DNA from: an uncultured delta proteobacterium
Lineage (GTDB): Bacteria > Myxococcota_A > Polyangia > Polyangiales > Polyangiaceae
Length of the DNA stretch: 64,000 bases
NCBI GenBank assembly: GCA_963806225.1
Contig: CAWDXG010000004.1
Coordinates: 4,896,001 to 4,960,000, forward strand
Reading direction: 5' to 3'
The notes beneath the pieces were generated by a model, which did no database searches, was not told the DNA's origin, and was given only the letters and a program-made list of their open reading frames with translations. Shown one piece after another: positions 10,007 through 22,050 of this stretch. Positions within the stretch are counted from its first letter, which is position 1. Each line of letters begins with the position of its first letter. A program made the translations under genes and the position numbers.

Positions 10007-13000
10007 ATGGCCGATTCTTCTGCCCGCCCCGTACCGAAGCGCCTGGCCGACTTCGAGATCATCCGGCGACTCGGCGTCGGTGGCATGGCCGAGGTGTTCC
10101 TTGCGAAGAAGCGCGGCGCGGAGGGCACGTTCAAGCTGCTCGTGGTCAAGCGCATCCTTCCGGCGCACGGCTCCTCGCGACGCTTCAGGGCCATGTTCGC
10201 CGAGGAAGCCCAGCTGGCCACCCGGCTGAACCACCCCAACATCGTGCAGGTCTACGAGTTCCAGGACTACGGCGACGAGGGACAGCTCCTCAGCATGGAG
10301 TACGTGGAGGGGCCGGACCTCCGCAAGCTGGTGCGGTCGGCGCAGTCGAAGGGGATGCGCCTTCCGCCGTACGCGGCGGCGTACATCATCGCCGAGCTCG
10401 CCAAGGGACTGCACTACGCGCACGAGCGCAAGGACGAGGGCGGCGCGCCGCTGGAGATCGTGCATCGCGACGTATCGCCGCAGAACATGCTCTTGAGCTT
10501 CGAAGGGGCGGTGAAGGTCGCCGACTTCGGCATTGCCTCGGCCAACCTGTTCCGCGAGGAACCCGGGGTGCTCAAGGGCAAGACAGCCTACATGTCGCCG
10601 GAGCAGGCCCGCGGCGAGAAGGTGGACCGGCGCACGGACATCTACTCGCTGGGCGTGGTCTTTCACGAGATGCTCACGGGCCGGCCGCTGCACGGCGCCG
10701 CCGACGGGCCCGAGTTGCTCGAAGCGGTCCGCGGTGGCCAGGTGGAGCCGCCCAGCACCTTCGCTCGCGAGATCCCTCCCGAGCTCGAGGCGATCATCAT
10801 GCGCGCGCTGGCGAGGACCCCGGACGAGCGGTTCCAGACGGCGCGCGAGATGGCCGCGGCGATCACCCGCGTGCTGTTCCAGAAACAGCAGCTGGTCGAT
10901 TCGCACGTGCTCGAGACGATCATCTCGCAGCTGGTCAGCCGCGAGCACACCTCGCCGGGCGTGGAACAGCCCGCCGAGGGCAGCCAGTTCGAGGAAGAGG
11001 GTCCGGACGGCTACGACGCCGGCGCCAGCGCGTCGGTGTCCGAGGGCGAACCCGAGGTCTGGCGCGACGAGGCGACGGGTCCCGGGCGCCCGATGCGTCC
11101 GCGGGGCCTGCTGAACCGCGCCGGTCGCGAGGTCCGCCACGTCGCGGTCGTGATGCTGCAGCTGCACGGCCTGGAGGAGCTCGAGCAGGCGATCGGCGCG
11201 GGCGGCGCGGTGCGTTTCGCCGAGCAGCTCCGCGCCATCCTCGACGAGATCGCGTTCAAGCGCAGTGCCCGCTGGACGTGGGAAGCGAGCGCGGCGTCTG
11301 CCGCGAGCGAAGCGCCGGGCGTGCTCTCGACGGCGCGCGCCGTCGTCGGTCTGATGGCGAATCCCGCGCGCGCTGCCGCGGACGCTGCCTGGCTCGCCGT
11401 CGACGTCCACGAAGCCATCCAGGGCGCGTGCGACGATCTACCGGTCGAGCTCCAGGCGAGCGTCGGCATCGTTCGCGGCATTGCCACGGGGCAACGCGAC
11501 AAGGCCGGCCACCTCATCGACCACACGCTGCAGGAGCCGGCCCATCACCTGGCCGGGCTGCTGGGCGAGCACGCGCCAGCCGGCGTCACCTGGGTTGCGG
11601 GCGGTCTGTACCGGCTGGTGCGGCGCGATTTCGTCTGGGGCGACGCGCCCACCATCGAGGTGGACAACGCCGAAGCGCGGAATCTGCCGCGCAACATGCG
11701 CATCTATGCGCTGCTCAGACCGCTGACCCGGGAAGAGAAGCTGCAGGAGATGGCGCTCGCGCCGAGCGATCTGATCGGGCGCGACGCCGAGCTGGCCGAC
11801 CTGCACGCGGCCTACCACCGGGCCGTGACGCCGGGCCAGAACGGCGGGCTCGGCCAGGTGACCGCGCGCGTGGTGCACGGCGAGATGGGCATCGGCAAGA
11901 CCGCGTTGGTGTCGACCTTCCTGTCCGAGCTTCCGCCGGACGCGCGCGTGCTGCGGGTCGAATGTTCCCCCGCCCGCAGCGAGCTGCCGTTCGGCAACGT
12001 CGCCGAATGGGTGCGTGAGCTCACCGACACGCGCGAGAACCAACCGCTCGAAGAGGCCAAGCAGCTCATCATCGACGTGTTGGGCGATTTCGCGACCGGG
12101 CGGAACGGCTCCGAGATCGTGACGCGCATGGCGGAGCTCGTCACCGGTCGCGTGGCTGCGGCGTCCGACGAGGCGGACGTGGAGCACAACCGCAGGCTCG
12201 TCTCCGGCGGCGTGCGTCGCTTCTTCGCGCGGGCAGCGGTCGAGTCCCCGCTGGTCGTGATGATCGAGGGGCTGCAGTGGAGCGATCGCCCCAGCCTGGA
12301 GCTGCTTTCCGAGCTGCTGAAGCGCGCCGACCCGCTGCCCATCCTGGCTATCCTGGTGACGCGACCCGACGACACCATCGCTTCGTATATCGAGGGGATG
12401 GTGCGCATCGAGCTCAAGGGTTTGAGTGCAGACAACCAGGTGCGCCTGCTGCAGGCGCGGCTCGGCGCCAGCCAGGGCGTTGCCCAGGTGTGCGCCGATC
12501 TGCTCCCGCGCGCGGCGGGCAATCCGTTCTTCCTGCTGGAAATGGTCGATGCGTTGCTGGAACGCGGCACGCTCGAGATCCGCGAGCGCGACGACGGGAG
12601 CCACGAGCTCTGCCGCGTCGAACGTCCGGGCGGCGCGGCGCAGGCGCTTCCGTCGACGCTCGAGCAGCTGATTGCGGATCGGCTCAACGAGCTGCCCGAG
12701 GAGGAGCAGGCCATTGTGGAGTGGCTTGCGGTGGCTGGTGGTCCAATCAAGAACCGCGACCTCGCCGTGCTCAACGGCGAGGGCAGCGACGAGCCCGTGG
12801 CGCGACTGTGCGCACGCGGTCTGTGCGACGACAAGGGCGATACCGTGGACGTGCGCCACCCGCTGACGCGCGACGTCGCCTATCTCGCGCTGGATCGCGA
12901 GGAACGTGCGCGCATGCACCGTGCGCTCGGCGAGCATCTCGCCGGCACGCCGCTGGCCAAGGGACTGACCGCGGCGATCGTGGGTCGGCATCTCGCCCGT

Positions 13001-14515
13001 GGACGTCAGCCGGGGAGGGCGGCGGACCTGTACCTGGAAGCGGCGTCCACCGCCCGCAGCAGCTACCAGACGCAGCTGGCGCGGCGTTACTACCGCCGCG
13101 TCATCTCGCTCCTGCCGGACGACGACCTCAGACGCCTGGAAGCGCACGAAGCGCTCGAAGCCGTCTCCCGCATCCAGGGACGCTGGCGCGAGCGGCGCCG
13201 GCATCTGGTCGCGCTCCGGCAGCTCGCGCGCAAGAGCGGAAAGCCGCGCTGGGTCGCGACGGCGCTGCTGCGCACCGCCCGCATCGAGCTCGAGGCGGGG
13301 CGGCTGGCGCGCGGCCTCACTTCCGCGCAGCGCGCCGAGCAGGTGGCCAGCCAGGCCGGCTCCTCGGTGCTCGAGCTCCAGGCGCAGCTGCTCATGGCCG
13401 AGATGCTGCGCGACCTCGGCGACATGCAGGGCGCGCTGGCCGCCTGCGACCGCGCATTGGAAACCACCTCGCAGGCCGGCGTTTCCGCGCGGCTGAGGGC
13501 GGAGGTGCTGCGCGCCCGGGGCACGCTGCTCAGGCGCGTGGGCCGCGTCGACGAGGCAGTCGAGGCGCACGCCGAGGCGATCGCCGTCTTCCGCCAGGTT
13601 GGAGCGCGCCGTATGGAGGCGCGGGCGAAGAACTCGCTCGCCTTCGCCATGTTCGTGCTCGGGCGCTTCGAGGACGCGATCGCGCTGGCGCTCGATGCGA
13701 TCCGGATCGACCTCGCGATTGGCGGTCGCTTCCAGATCGCCAAGACCTTGAGCAACATCGGCCAGTCCTACGCCCGCCTCGGCGACAGCGATCGCGGCCA
13801 GGCGTACCTCAAGCGCGCGCGCGACGCCCACGAGCGCTACGGCGACCAGGATGCGCGCGCCGACACGCTGCTGGCGACGGCCGAGGTGCTGGTGGAGTGG
13901 GGCGACATCGCGGCGGCCGACACCATGGTCGGCGACGCAGGCGCGCTGATCGCCGTCACCGGCAGCGCCTACGACTCGGTGCACGAGAAGATCATGCGGG
14001 CGCTTCTGGCACGTGCTTCGGGCGACCCCGGCGCAGCGGTGATGCACGCCTTCGATGCCCGGCAGGCCGCCGAGGCGCAGGCCTATGTGGCGTATCACTT
14101 CTACGCAATGGCGGTGGAGGCGGCGGCGCGCGTCGACATCGGCGAGCACCACACCGGCATCCTGCTCGCCACCACCGCGATGGGCGCGATCGAGACCGTG
14201 CAGGGATCGGAGTACGGCCTCGAGACCCGCGCGCTGTGCTGCGAAGCCATGCAGAACGCCCATTCCCCACAGGGGCGCAACCTGTGCCAGCGTGCCGCGG
14301 AGCACGTCTACCATCTGCTCGAGTCGATCCGCGATCCGGATCTGCGTCTGATGTTCGTCAAGCGCCCGACGGTGGCCCGGCTGCTGGCGAACACCGACGG
14401 CTCGGCCGAGCGGGTGGCAGAGGTGCTGCGCGGCGCGCCCGCCGCCGGGCTCCGTGACCAGGGCGCGGAAAGCGTGCGTCCGGACGTCGAAAAAGGTAGT
14501 GTGTCGCCCTCGTGA
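10007..14515 (+). CDS. Ser/Thr protein kinase fused to degenerate cyclase-like domain, STAND/AAA ATPase and TPRs
   Basis: LGVGGMAEV, VVKRI, HRDVSPQN, DFG, YMSPE; Walker A GEMGIGKT; GNPFFL STAND motif; TPR-like C-terminus. Confidence 0.9.
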   Translation: MADSSARPVPKRLADFEIIRRLGVGGMAEVFLAKKRGAEGTFKLLVVKRILPAHGSSRRFRAMFAEEAQLATRLNHPNIVQVYEFQDYGDEGQLLSMEYVEGPDLRKLVRSAQSKGMRLPPYAAAYIIAELAKGLHYAHERKDEGGAPLEIVHRDVSPQNMLLSFEGAVKVADFGIASANLFREEPGVLKGKTAYMSPEQARGEKVDRRTDIYSLGVVFHEMLTGRPLHGAADGPELLEAVRGGQVEPPSTFAREIPPELEAIIMRALARTPDERFQTAREMAAAITRVLFQKQQLVDSHVLETIISQLVSREHTSPGVEQPAEGSQFEEEGPDGYDAGASASVSEGEPEVWRDEATGPGRPMRPRGLLNRAGREVRHVAVVMLQLHGLEELEQAIGAGGAVRFAEQLRAILDEIAFKRSARWTWEASAASAASEAPGVLSTARAVVGLMANPARAAADAAWLAVDVHEAIQGACDDLPVELQASVGIVRGIATGQRDKAGHLIDHTLQEPAHHLAGLLGEHAPAGVTWVAGGLYRLVRRDFVWGDAPTIEVDNAEARNLPRNMRIYALLRPLTREEKLQEMALAPSDLIGRDAELADLHAAYHRAVTPGQNGGLGQVTARVVHGEMGIGKTALVSTFLSELPPDARVLRVECSPARSELPFGNVAEWVRELTDTRENQPLEEAKQLIIDVLGDFATGRNGSEIVTRMAELVTGRVAAASDEADVEHNRRLVSGGVRRFFARAAVESPLVVMIEGLQWSDRPSLELLSELLKRADPLPILAILVTRPDDTIASYIEGMVRIELKGLSADNQVRLLQARLGASQGVAQVCADLLPRAAGNPFFLLEMVDALLERGTLEIRERDDGSHELCRVERPGGAAQALPSTLEQLIADRLNELPEEEQAIVEWLAVAGGPIKNRDLAVLNGEGSDEPVARLCARGLCDDKGDTVDVRHPLTRDVAYLALDREERARMHRALGEHLAGTPLAKGLTAAIVGRHLARGRQPGRAADLYLEAASTARSSYQTQLARRYYRRVISLLPDDDLRRLEAHEALEAVSRIQGRWRERRRHLVALRQLARKSGKPRWVATALLRTARIELEAGRLARGLTSAQRAEQVASQAGSSVLELQAQLLMAEMLRDLGDMQGALAACDRALETTSQAGVSARLRAEVLRARGTLLRRVGRVDEAVEAHAEAIAVFRQVGARRMEARAKNSLAFAMFVLGRFEDAIALALDAIRIDLAIGGRFQIAKTLSNIGQSYARLGDSDRGQAYLKRARDAHERYGDQDARADTLLATAEVLVEWGDIAAADTMVGDAGALIAVTGSAYDSVHEKIMRALLARASGDPGAAVMHAFDARQAAEAQAYVAYHFYAMAVEAAARVDIGEHHTGILLATTAMGAIETVQGSEYGLETRALCCEAMQNAHSPQGRNLCQRAAEHVYHLLESIRDPDLRLMFVKRPTVARLLANTDGSAERVAEVLRGAPAAGLRDQGAESVRPDVEKGSVSPS

Positions 14516-15782
14516 GCGACACTCCCGAGCGCAGAAGCCTGGCCATCATTCTCTCGGGAGGCGGCGCCCGCGGTGCCTACGAGACCGGCGTGCTCTGGTA
14601 CCTGTTCGACGAGCTCACGCGGATGCGCGGCGCGCCGCCCCCGGTGGACATCCTGTGCGGCACCAGCGTGGGCGCCATCAACAGCGCCTACCTCGCCGCG
14701 CACCTGAGCGATCCGGTGCTTGGCGTGCGGCGGCTGGTGGACGTGTGGAGCAGCATGCGGCTCGACGACGTGCTCGGCTTCGGCCTGCGCCAGGCCATGA
14801 GCCTGCCGCGGGTCCTGCTGGGAGGCGGCGACGGATCAGGCATCTTCGACGTGTCACCGATGGCCACACTTGTGCAACGCGAGATCCCGTGGCGCGCCAT
14901 CACGCGCACCATGCGCCAGGGCAAGCTCAGCGCGCTCAGTGTCTCGGCCACCGAAGTCTCGACCGGGCGCACCGTGATCTTCATGCAGACGGGGCCGCGC
15001 ACCTCGTTGCCCACCCGTGCGCCGCCGCGCACGCTCATTCGGGGCGACCGCATCGGGCCGCAGCACGCGCTCGCGTCGGCGGCGATCCCGCTGCTCTTCC
15101 CCCCGTCAAGATCGGCAGCCAGCTGTACGTCGACGGCGGCGTCCGGCAGAACACGCCGATCGCTCCTGCCATCCGTCTCGGGGCCACGCACGTGCTGGTC
15201 GTTGGCACCTCGCGTCTGATTCGCGGCGTGGCCCACTCCAAGCCGGAAACGGCAGCGCCCGGCGCGACCTTCCTGCTCGGCAAGATCATGAACGCGCTGC
15301 TGCTCGACCACCTGGACAACGACCTGGGCATGGTGAACCTCATGAACGACATCATGCTGAGCGGCGGCGCGGCCTATGGCGGGGACTTCACGGGCAAGCT
15401 CAACGACGCGGCGGTCATGCGCGGCGGGCACCAGTTCCGGCCCATCGAGACGCTGGTGATCCGCCCCACCGAGGGCATCGGCCAGATCGCGGCCGAGCAC
15501 ATCAAGAAGGGCAACCTGCGCGGCGGGCCGGTCATCACGCGGCGTCTGCTCAAGCTGCTCGATGTGGGCGTCTCCGACGATGCCGATCTGGCGAGCTACC
15601 TGCTCTTCGACGGCGGATTCGCGCGGCGCCTGGTCGACCTGGGCCGATCGGACGCGCATGCGCGGCGCGCCGAGCTGCTCGACTTCCTCGGTGCGGCCGA
15701 GGACGACGCGCCGCCGGCCATGCAGCCGCCCGATGCCGGAGGCTCCGGTTCGTGGACGCTGCCGCCGCCCGCGGTGGGGTAG
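14512..15782 (+). CDS. Patatin-like phospholipase (one frameshift near 15100)
   Basis: SGGGARG, GTSVG, ASAAIP in one frame and YVDGG in the next; the junction is a C6 run at 15099-15104. Confidence 0.8.
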
Positions 15783-15800
15783 GGCGCGGGGCGAGCCCCG

Positions 15801-16109
15801 CTAGATGCTGCCGAGCGCGTCCTCGAGCTCGCCGAGCGCCTTGCCGTCGCCTTTCTGCCGCGCGAGCTCGATGCCCTGCTCGAGCCAGACGCGCGCGTCG
15901 TCGCCGCGGCCCGCCTCGATCAAGAGCTGCCCGGCCATCAGGTACATCGCCAGGTACGAAGGATCGGAGGTGCGGAGCTTGTCGAAGGTGGCGAGCGCGT
16001 CGTCCAGCCGCTGCTCCTTGCGGTATTCCATGGCCAGGGCGTACCAGGCGAACGAGTCCGCCTTTCCCGACGCGGTCATCTTCTCCAGCATCTCCAGCCG
16101 CTTGTTCAT
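15801..16109 (-). CDS. Small TPR protein
   Basis: 102 aa, DSFAWYALAMEY...PSYLAMYLMAGQLL TPR pattern. Confidence 0.8.
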   Translation of the reverse strand: MNKRLEMLEKMTASGKADSFAWYALAMEYRKEQRLDDALATFDKLRTSDPSYLAMYLMAGQLLIEAGRGDDARVWLEQGIELARQKGDGKALGELEDALGSI

Positions 16110-16162
16110 GCCTGCAGGCTAGTGCAGCCCGGCGGGAGCTCAAGTGGTTACTCTCGGAGTGC

Positions 16163-16729
16163 ATGGCCCGTGCCCTGTCCAACGTGGTCGGTTTCGACGA
16201 CGCGCCGTGTCCGCCCGGCCACCGCGGCGACGTGTCGCTGGTCGGCGCGGTGTTCGCGCGCACGCGCCTCGACGGCGTGCTGGTCGGTCGCGTGCGCCAC
16301 GACGGCCGGAACTCCACCGACGCCATCGCGGGCATGCTCCAGGGCTCGCAGTTCGCCCGGCACGTCCAGGCCGTCGTGCTGCAGGGCATCGCCTTTGCCG
16401 GCTTCAACGTGGTGGACGTGCACGCGCTGCACGCCGAGCTCGGACTGCCCGTGCTGGTCGTCGCGCGCCGCGCTCCCGACCTCGGCGCTATGCGAAGGGC
16501 GCTCGTCGGCCGCGTCCGCGGCGGCGCCCGCAAGTGGCGCCTCGTCGAACAGGCCGGCCCGATGGAGAAGCTCGAGCGCGTCTATGTCCAGCGTATCGGC
16601 ATCGACCGCGAGCGTGCCCGCCGATTCCTCGTGGAATCGACCCTCCACGGCGCCCTGCCCGAACCCATCCGCGTCGCGCACCTGATCGCAGGCGCGATCG
16701 CGACTGGGAAGAGCCGGGGCAGGGCGTAG
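16163..16729 (+). CDS. DUF99-family (endonuclease V-like) protein
   Basis: VVGFDDAP, DGRNST, LQGIAFAGFNVVD, PEPIRVAHLIA motifs. Confidence 0.8.
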   Translation: MARALSNVVGFDDAPCPPGHRGDVSLVGAVFARTRLDGVLVGRVRHDGRNSTDAIAGMLQGSQFARHVQAVVLQGIAFAGFNVVDVHALHAELGLPVLVVARRAPDLGAMRRALVGRVRGGARKWRLVEQAGPMEKLERVYVQRIGIDRERARRFLVESTLHGALPEPIRVAHLIAGAIATGKSRGRA

Positions 16730-16760
16730 GCGTCGACAGGGGAGTGTCGCGCCGGCGGCG

Positions 16761-19028
<2,268 letters not shown>

Positions 19029-19127
19029 CAGCCATTTCCGCCACTCCGCGGGGAGCGGCCCGGGCGAAGCCTACACGACGGGGTCGCGACGCGCATGCAG
19101 AGGTCGCGGGGTCGGGACGCGACGCCG

Positions 19128-22037
19128 CTACTGTCCGGACTTCAGCTTGCCGAGCGTCTTCTCGACCGCCTTGATGTGGCGGCCGTAGCCCGCGAAGTCA
19201 CCGGCCTTGAGCGCCTTCTGCGCTGCCTGGAACTCCTTGTCGGCCTGGTCGATGAGCGCCCGGGTCCCGGGCGGCAGCGCGGCCTTCGCCGAAGAGGACG
19301 CGGCCGGAGGCGCACCCGGCGGCGCTGCGCTCGACGAGCCCGCGGGCGGCGCTCCGGAACCCGCCGGCGGCGCGGTGCTCGATGCAGCGGACGCGGCCGC
19401 CGCGCTCGCCGGCGGCTTTGCCGCCGCCTTCTTCGTCGAGCCGAAGATGCGCTCTAGAGCCTTGCCCAGCGAGGGCTCCATCACGACGTTCTGCTGCTGG
19501 CCCGAGGGCGGCGGCTTCTCGCCCGCCGGCGAGCGGTAGAACACGACGACGCGCTTGAACTGCGGGAGCTTGGTCTGCTCCGACTCGATGTACATGGGCT
19601 GCACGTACAAAAGGCTGTCCTCCACCGGCACGACCAGCAGGTTGCCGAAGATCACGTGCGAGCCCTGCTGGCCCCACAGCGTGCGCTGCGAGGAGATCTT
19701 CGGGTCCTGGTTGACGGTGGCTTCGACCTGCGCCGGGCCGTAGACGGTCTGGCTTGGCGGGAAAGCGAAGCTGACGGCCCGGCCGTAGCTCGGTGGGTCG
19801 GATTCGGCACCCAGCCAGCCGATCATGTTGCTGCGTCCGTTCGGGGAGAACGGCAGGATGAGCACGAACTCCTCCCGCTTCTGCCCGGGAAGCCGCATGA
19901 TCACGTAGTATGCCGCCATGCGCCCGGCGCCCGAGATGGAGACGTGGTGCGGGATCTCCCACTGGTCGCCCTTGTTGTAGAAAACGCTCGGGCTCTTGAC
20001 GTGATAGGTGGAAAACACCTCCGCCTGCAGGTTGAAGTAGTCCTCCGGGTAGCGCACGTGCGCCATCAGCGACTTCGGCATGGCGCTCTTGGGCTTGAAC
20101 ATGCCGGGGAAGATCTTCTTGTACGTGTCGAGCAGCGGGTCGTGCGCGTCGAAGTCGTAGAAGGCAAGCGAGCCGTTGTAGGCGTCGATCACGACCTTCA
20201 CCGAGTTGCGCAGGTAGTTGATCTCGCCGGTCGGCTCCGAATACGGATAGCGCCCGGTCGTCGTGTAGGCGTCGACGATCCAGTACAGACGCCCGTCCGC
20301 CACGACCATGTACGGGTCCGAATCGAAGCTCAGGAAGGGCGCCGCCTTGTGCAGACGCTTCTTGATGTTGTTCAGGATGATGACGCGGCTGTCCGCGTTG
20401 ATGGCCGATGACGTGAAGAACTTGATGGTGCCGAACTCGACGGTGAACGCGAGCTTGTTGATGAACGAGCCGACCGGAATGCCGCCTGTTCCGTCGTAGG
20501 AGTGGTACACGTCGCCATCGGGGCCGGGGTAGTCGAACTCCGGCGCCTTGGTCCGGACGAGGCTGTAGTCCGTACCGACTTCCCCGTAGTAGATGCGCGG
20601 CTGCTTGATGGCGAGCGACGGGACCGCCGACGTGACGGGGATGTCCTGGACCAGGAAATCGGGGGAGCCGTCGCTCGTGACCTGGTTCACCGCCGAGATG
20701 GCCACGCCGTAGCCGTGCGTGTAGGTGATGTGCTGGTTCACCCAGGTCTGCGCCCGCTCAGGAAGGCCCGCGATCTTCATCTGCCGGGCGGCGAGCATGG
20801 TCTCGCGATAGACGCCGTCGACCTTGTAGCGGTCGACGTCGACGTCCGTGAACGTGTAGTAGGGGCGGAGCTCCTGCAGCTGCTCGTAGCTGTGCAGCAG
20901 CGTTTTGGGGTCCCAGATGCGGATGTTGCGGATCGTGCCGTCGTTGGCCTGGAGCTTGTCCGCCGTGAGGTCGCCCTTCAGCGAGAGCTTCGTGTTCGTG
21001 ATGCCGTCCAGGTCGTAGGCAGCGCGCGTCGCCTCGATGTTGCGCGCGATGTAGCCGGCCTCCTTGGCTCCCTGGTCCGGGTTCACGACGAGCGACTGCA
21101 CGCCGACGGGGAAGAGGCCGAGCAGCAGGATGACCGCCACGATCCAGCCGCCGATGGCGACCAGTGGCAGCCTCTTCTTCCTGAGCCGCACGTTCGCGAA
21201 CAGCACGGCTGCAATGACCCACGCCGCCACCATGAGCGCGCGCAGGGCCGGCAGACGGGCGTGCACGTCGGTATAGCCGGCGCCGAACACCATGCCGCTG
21301 GATGAAAACAGCAGCCCCCAGGCGTTCAGGATCTCGCCTGCGCCGGTGAGCGCGAAGATCGCGCCGAGCAGCGCGGAGACGTGGGCCACCGCGCGGTCCC
21401 CGACGTGCACCTCCGCCTGCTCGGGGCGGACGCTCACGCTGCCGAGCGCGAAGTGGACCACGATCGCCGCGACCAGCGCCGCCAGCAGCGTCGTGAACAG
21501 GAACGAGTAGGCGTATTCCCAGGCGGGCAGCTGGAAGACGTAGAAGCCGAGGTCGCGGTGGAACACCGGGTCCTGCGTGCCAAACGCCGTCCCGTAGCGG
21601 GCGCCGAGAAAGGTCATCCAGCTCTGCGCGGTCGAGAAGGCGACGATCACCGCGACGAGGAGCGACAGGGGAAGCCCCACCAGGCGCACCAGGCGCCGTG
21701 CGGTGTCGTCCAGCGGTTCGACGAGGCGGATGCCCGCCAGCGCGCGGTAGCTTGGCGCCAGCCGGCGCGCCGTCTCGATCGTTCCGTAGAAGATCGCGAA
21801 GAAGACGGCGCCGAAGATGGGGCCGATGACGAATTCGGCCCGGATCGAGCGCCAGAACACCTGCCTGAGATGCACCTCGCCGAACCAGAGCCAATCGACG
21901 TAGTAGCTCGCGAACAGCGTGGCGACCACGACGAGCGCGACCACGACGATGCTGGCGGCGATCAGGGTGCTCCGGGTCCGCGCGCCCGGGTTGGAGCCCG
22001 GCACGAGGCGCGGGCGCGGTGGCGTGGAGTTGCTCAT
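19128..22037 (-). CDS. UPF0182 family membrane protein
   Basis: DWLWF, DPVFHRDLGFYVF, GAGYTDV, NIRIWD, YTHGYG, NYLRNSVK, LLYVQP motifs. Confidence 0.9.
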   Translation of the reverse strand: MSNSTPPRPRLVPGSNPGARTRSTLIAASIVVVALVVVATLFASYYVDWLWFGEVHLRQVFWRSIRAEFVIGPIFGAVFFAIFYGTIETARRLAPSYRALAGIRLVEPLDDTARRLVRLVGLPLSLLVAVIVAFSTAQSWMTFLGARYGTAFGTQDPVFHRDLGFYVFQLPAWEYAYSFLFTTLLAALVAAIVVHFALGSVSVRPEQAEVHVGDRAVAHVSALLGAIFALTGAGEILNAWGLLFSSSGMVFGAGYTDVHARLPALRALMVAAWVIAAVLFANVRLRKKRLPLVAIGGWIVAVILLLGLFPVGVQSLVVNPDQGAKEAGYIARNIEATRAAYDLDGITNTKLSLKGDLTADKLQANDGTIRNIRIWDPKTLLHSYEQLQELRPYYTFTDVDVDRYKVDGVYRETMLAARQMKIAGLPERAQTWVNQHITYTHGYGVAISAVNQVTSDGSPDFLVQDIPVTSAVPSLAIKQPRIYYGEVGTDYSLVRTKAPEFDYPGPDGDVYHSYDGTGGIPVGSFINKLAFTVEFGTIKFFTSSAINADSRVIILNNIKKRLHKAAPFLSFDSDPYMVVADGRLYWIVDAYTTTGRYPYSEPTGEINYLRNSVKVVIDAYNGSLAFYDFDAHDPLLDTYKKIFPGMFKPKSAMPKSLMAHVRYPEDYFNLQAEVFSTYHVKSPSVFYNKGDQWEIPHHVSISGAGRMAAYYVIMRLPGQKREEFVLILPFSPNGRSNMIGWLGAESDPPSYGRAVSFAFPPSQTVYGPAQVEATVNQDPKISSQRTLWGQQGSHVIFGNLLVVPVEDSLLYVQPMYIESEQTKLPQFKRVVVFYRSPAGEKPPPSGQQQNVVMEPSLGKALERIFGSTKKAAAKPPASAAAASAASSTAPPAGSGAPPAGSSSAAPPGAPPAASSSAKAALPPGTRALIDQADKEFQAAQKALKAGDFAGYGRHIKAVEKTLGKLKSGQ

Positions 22038-22050
22038 GCGCGCTCGACTG

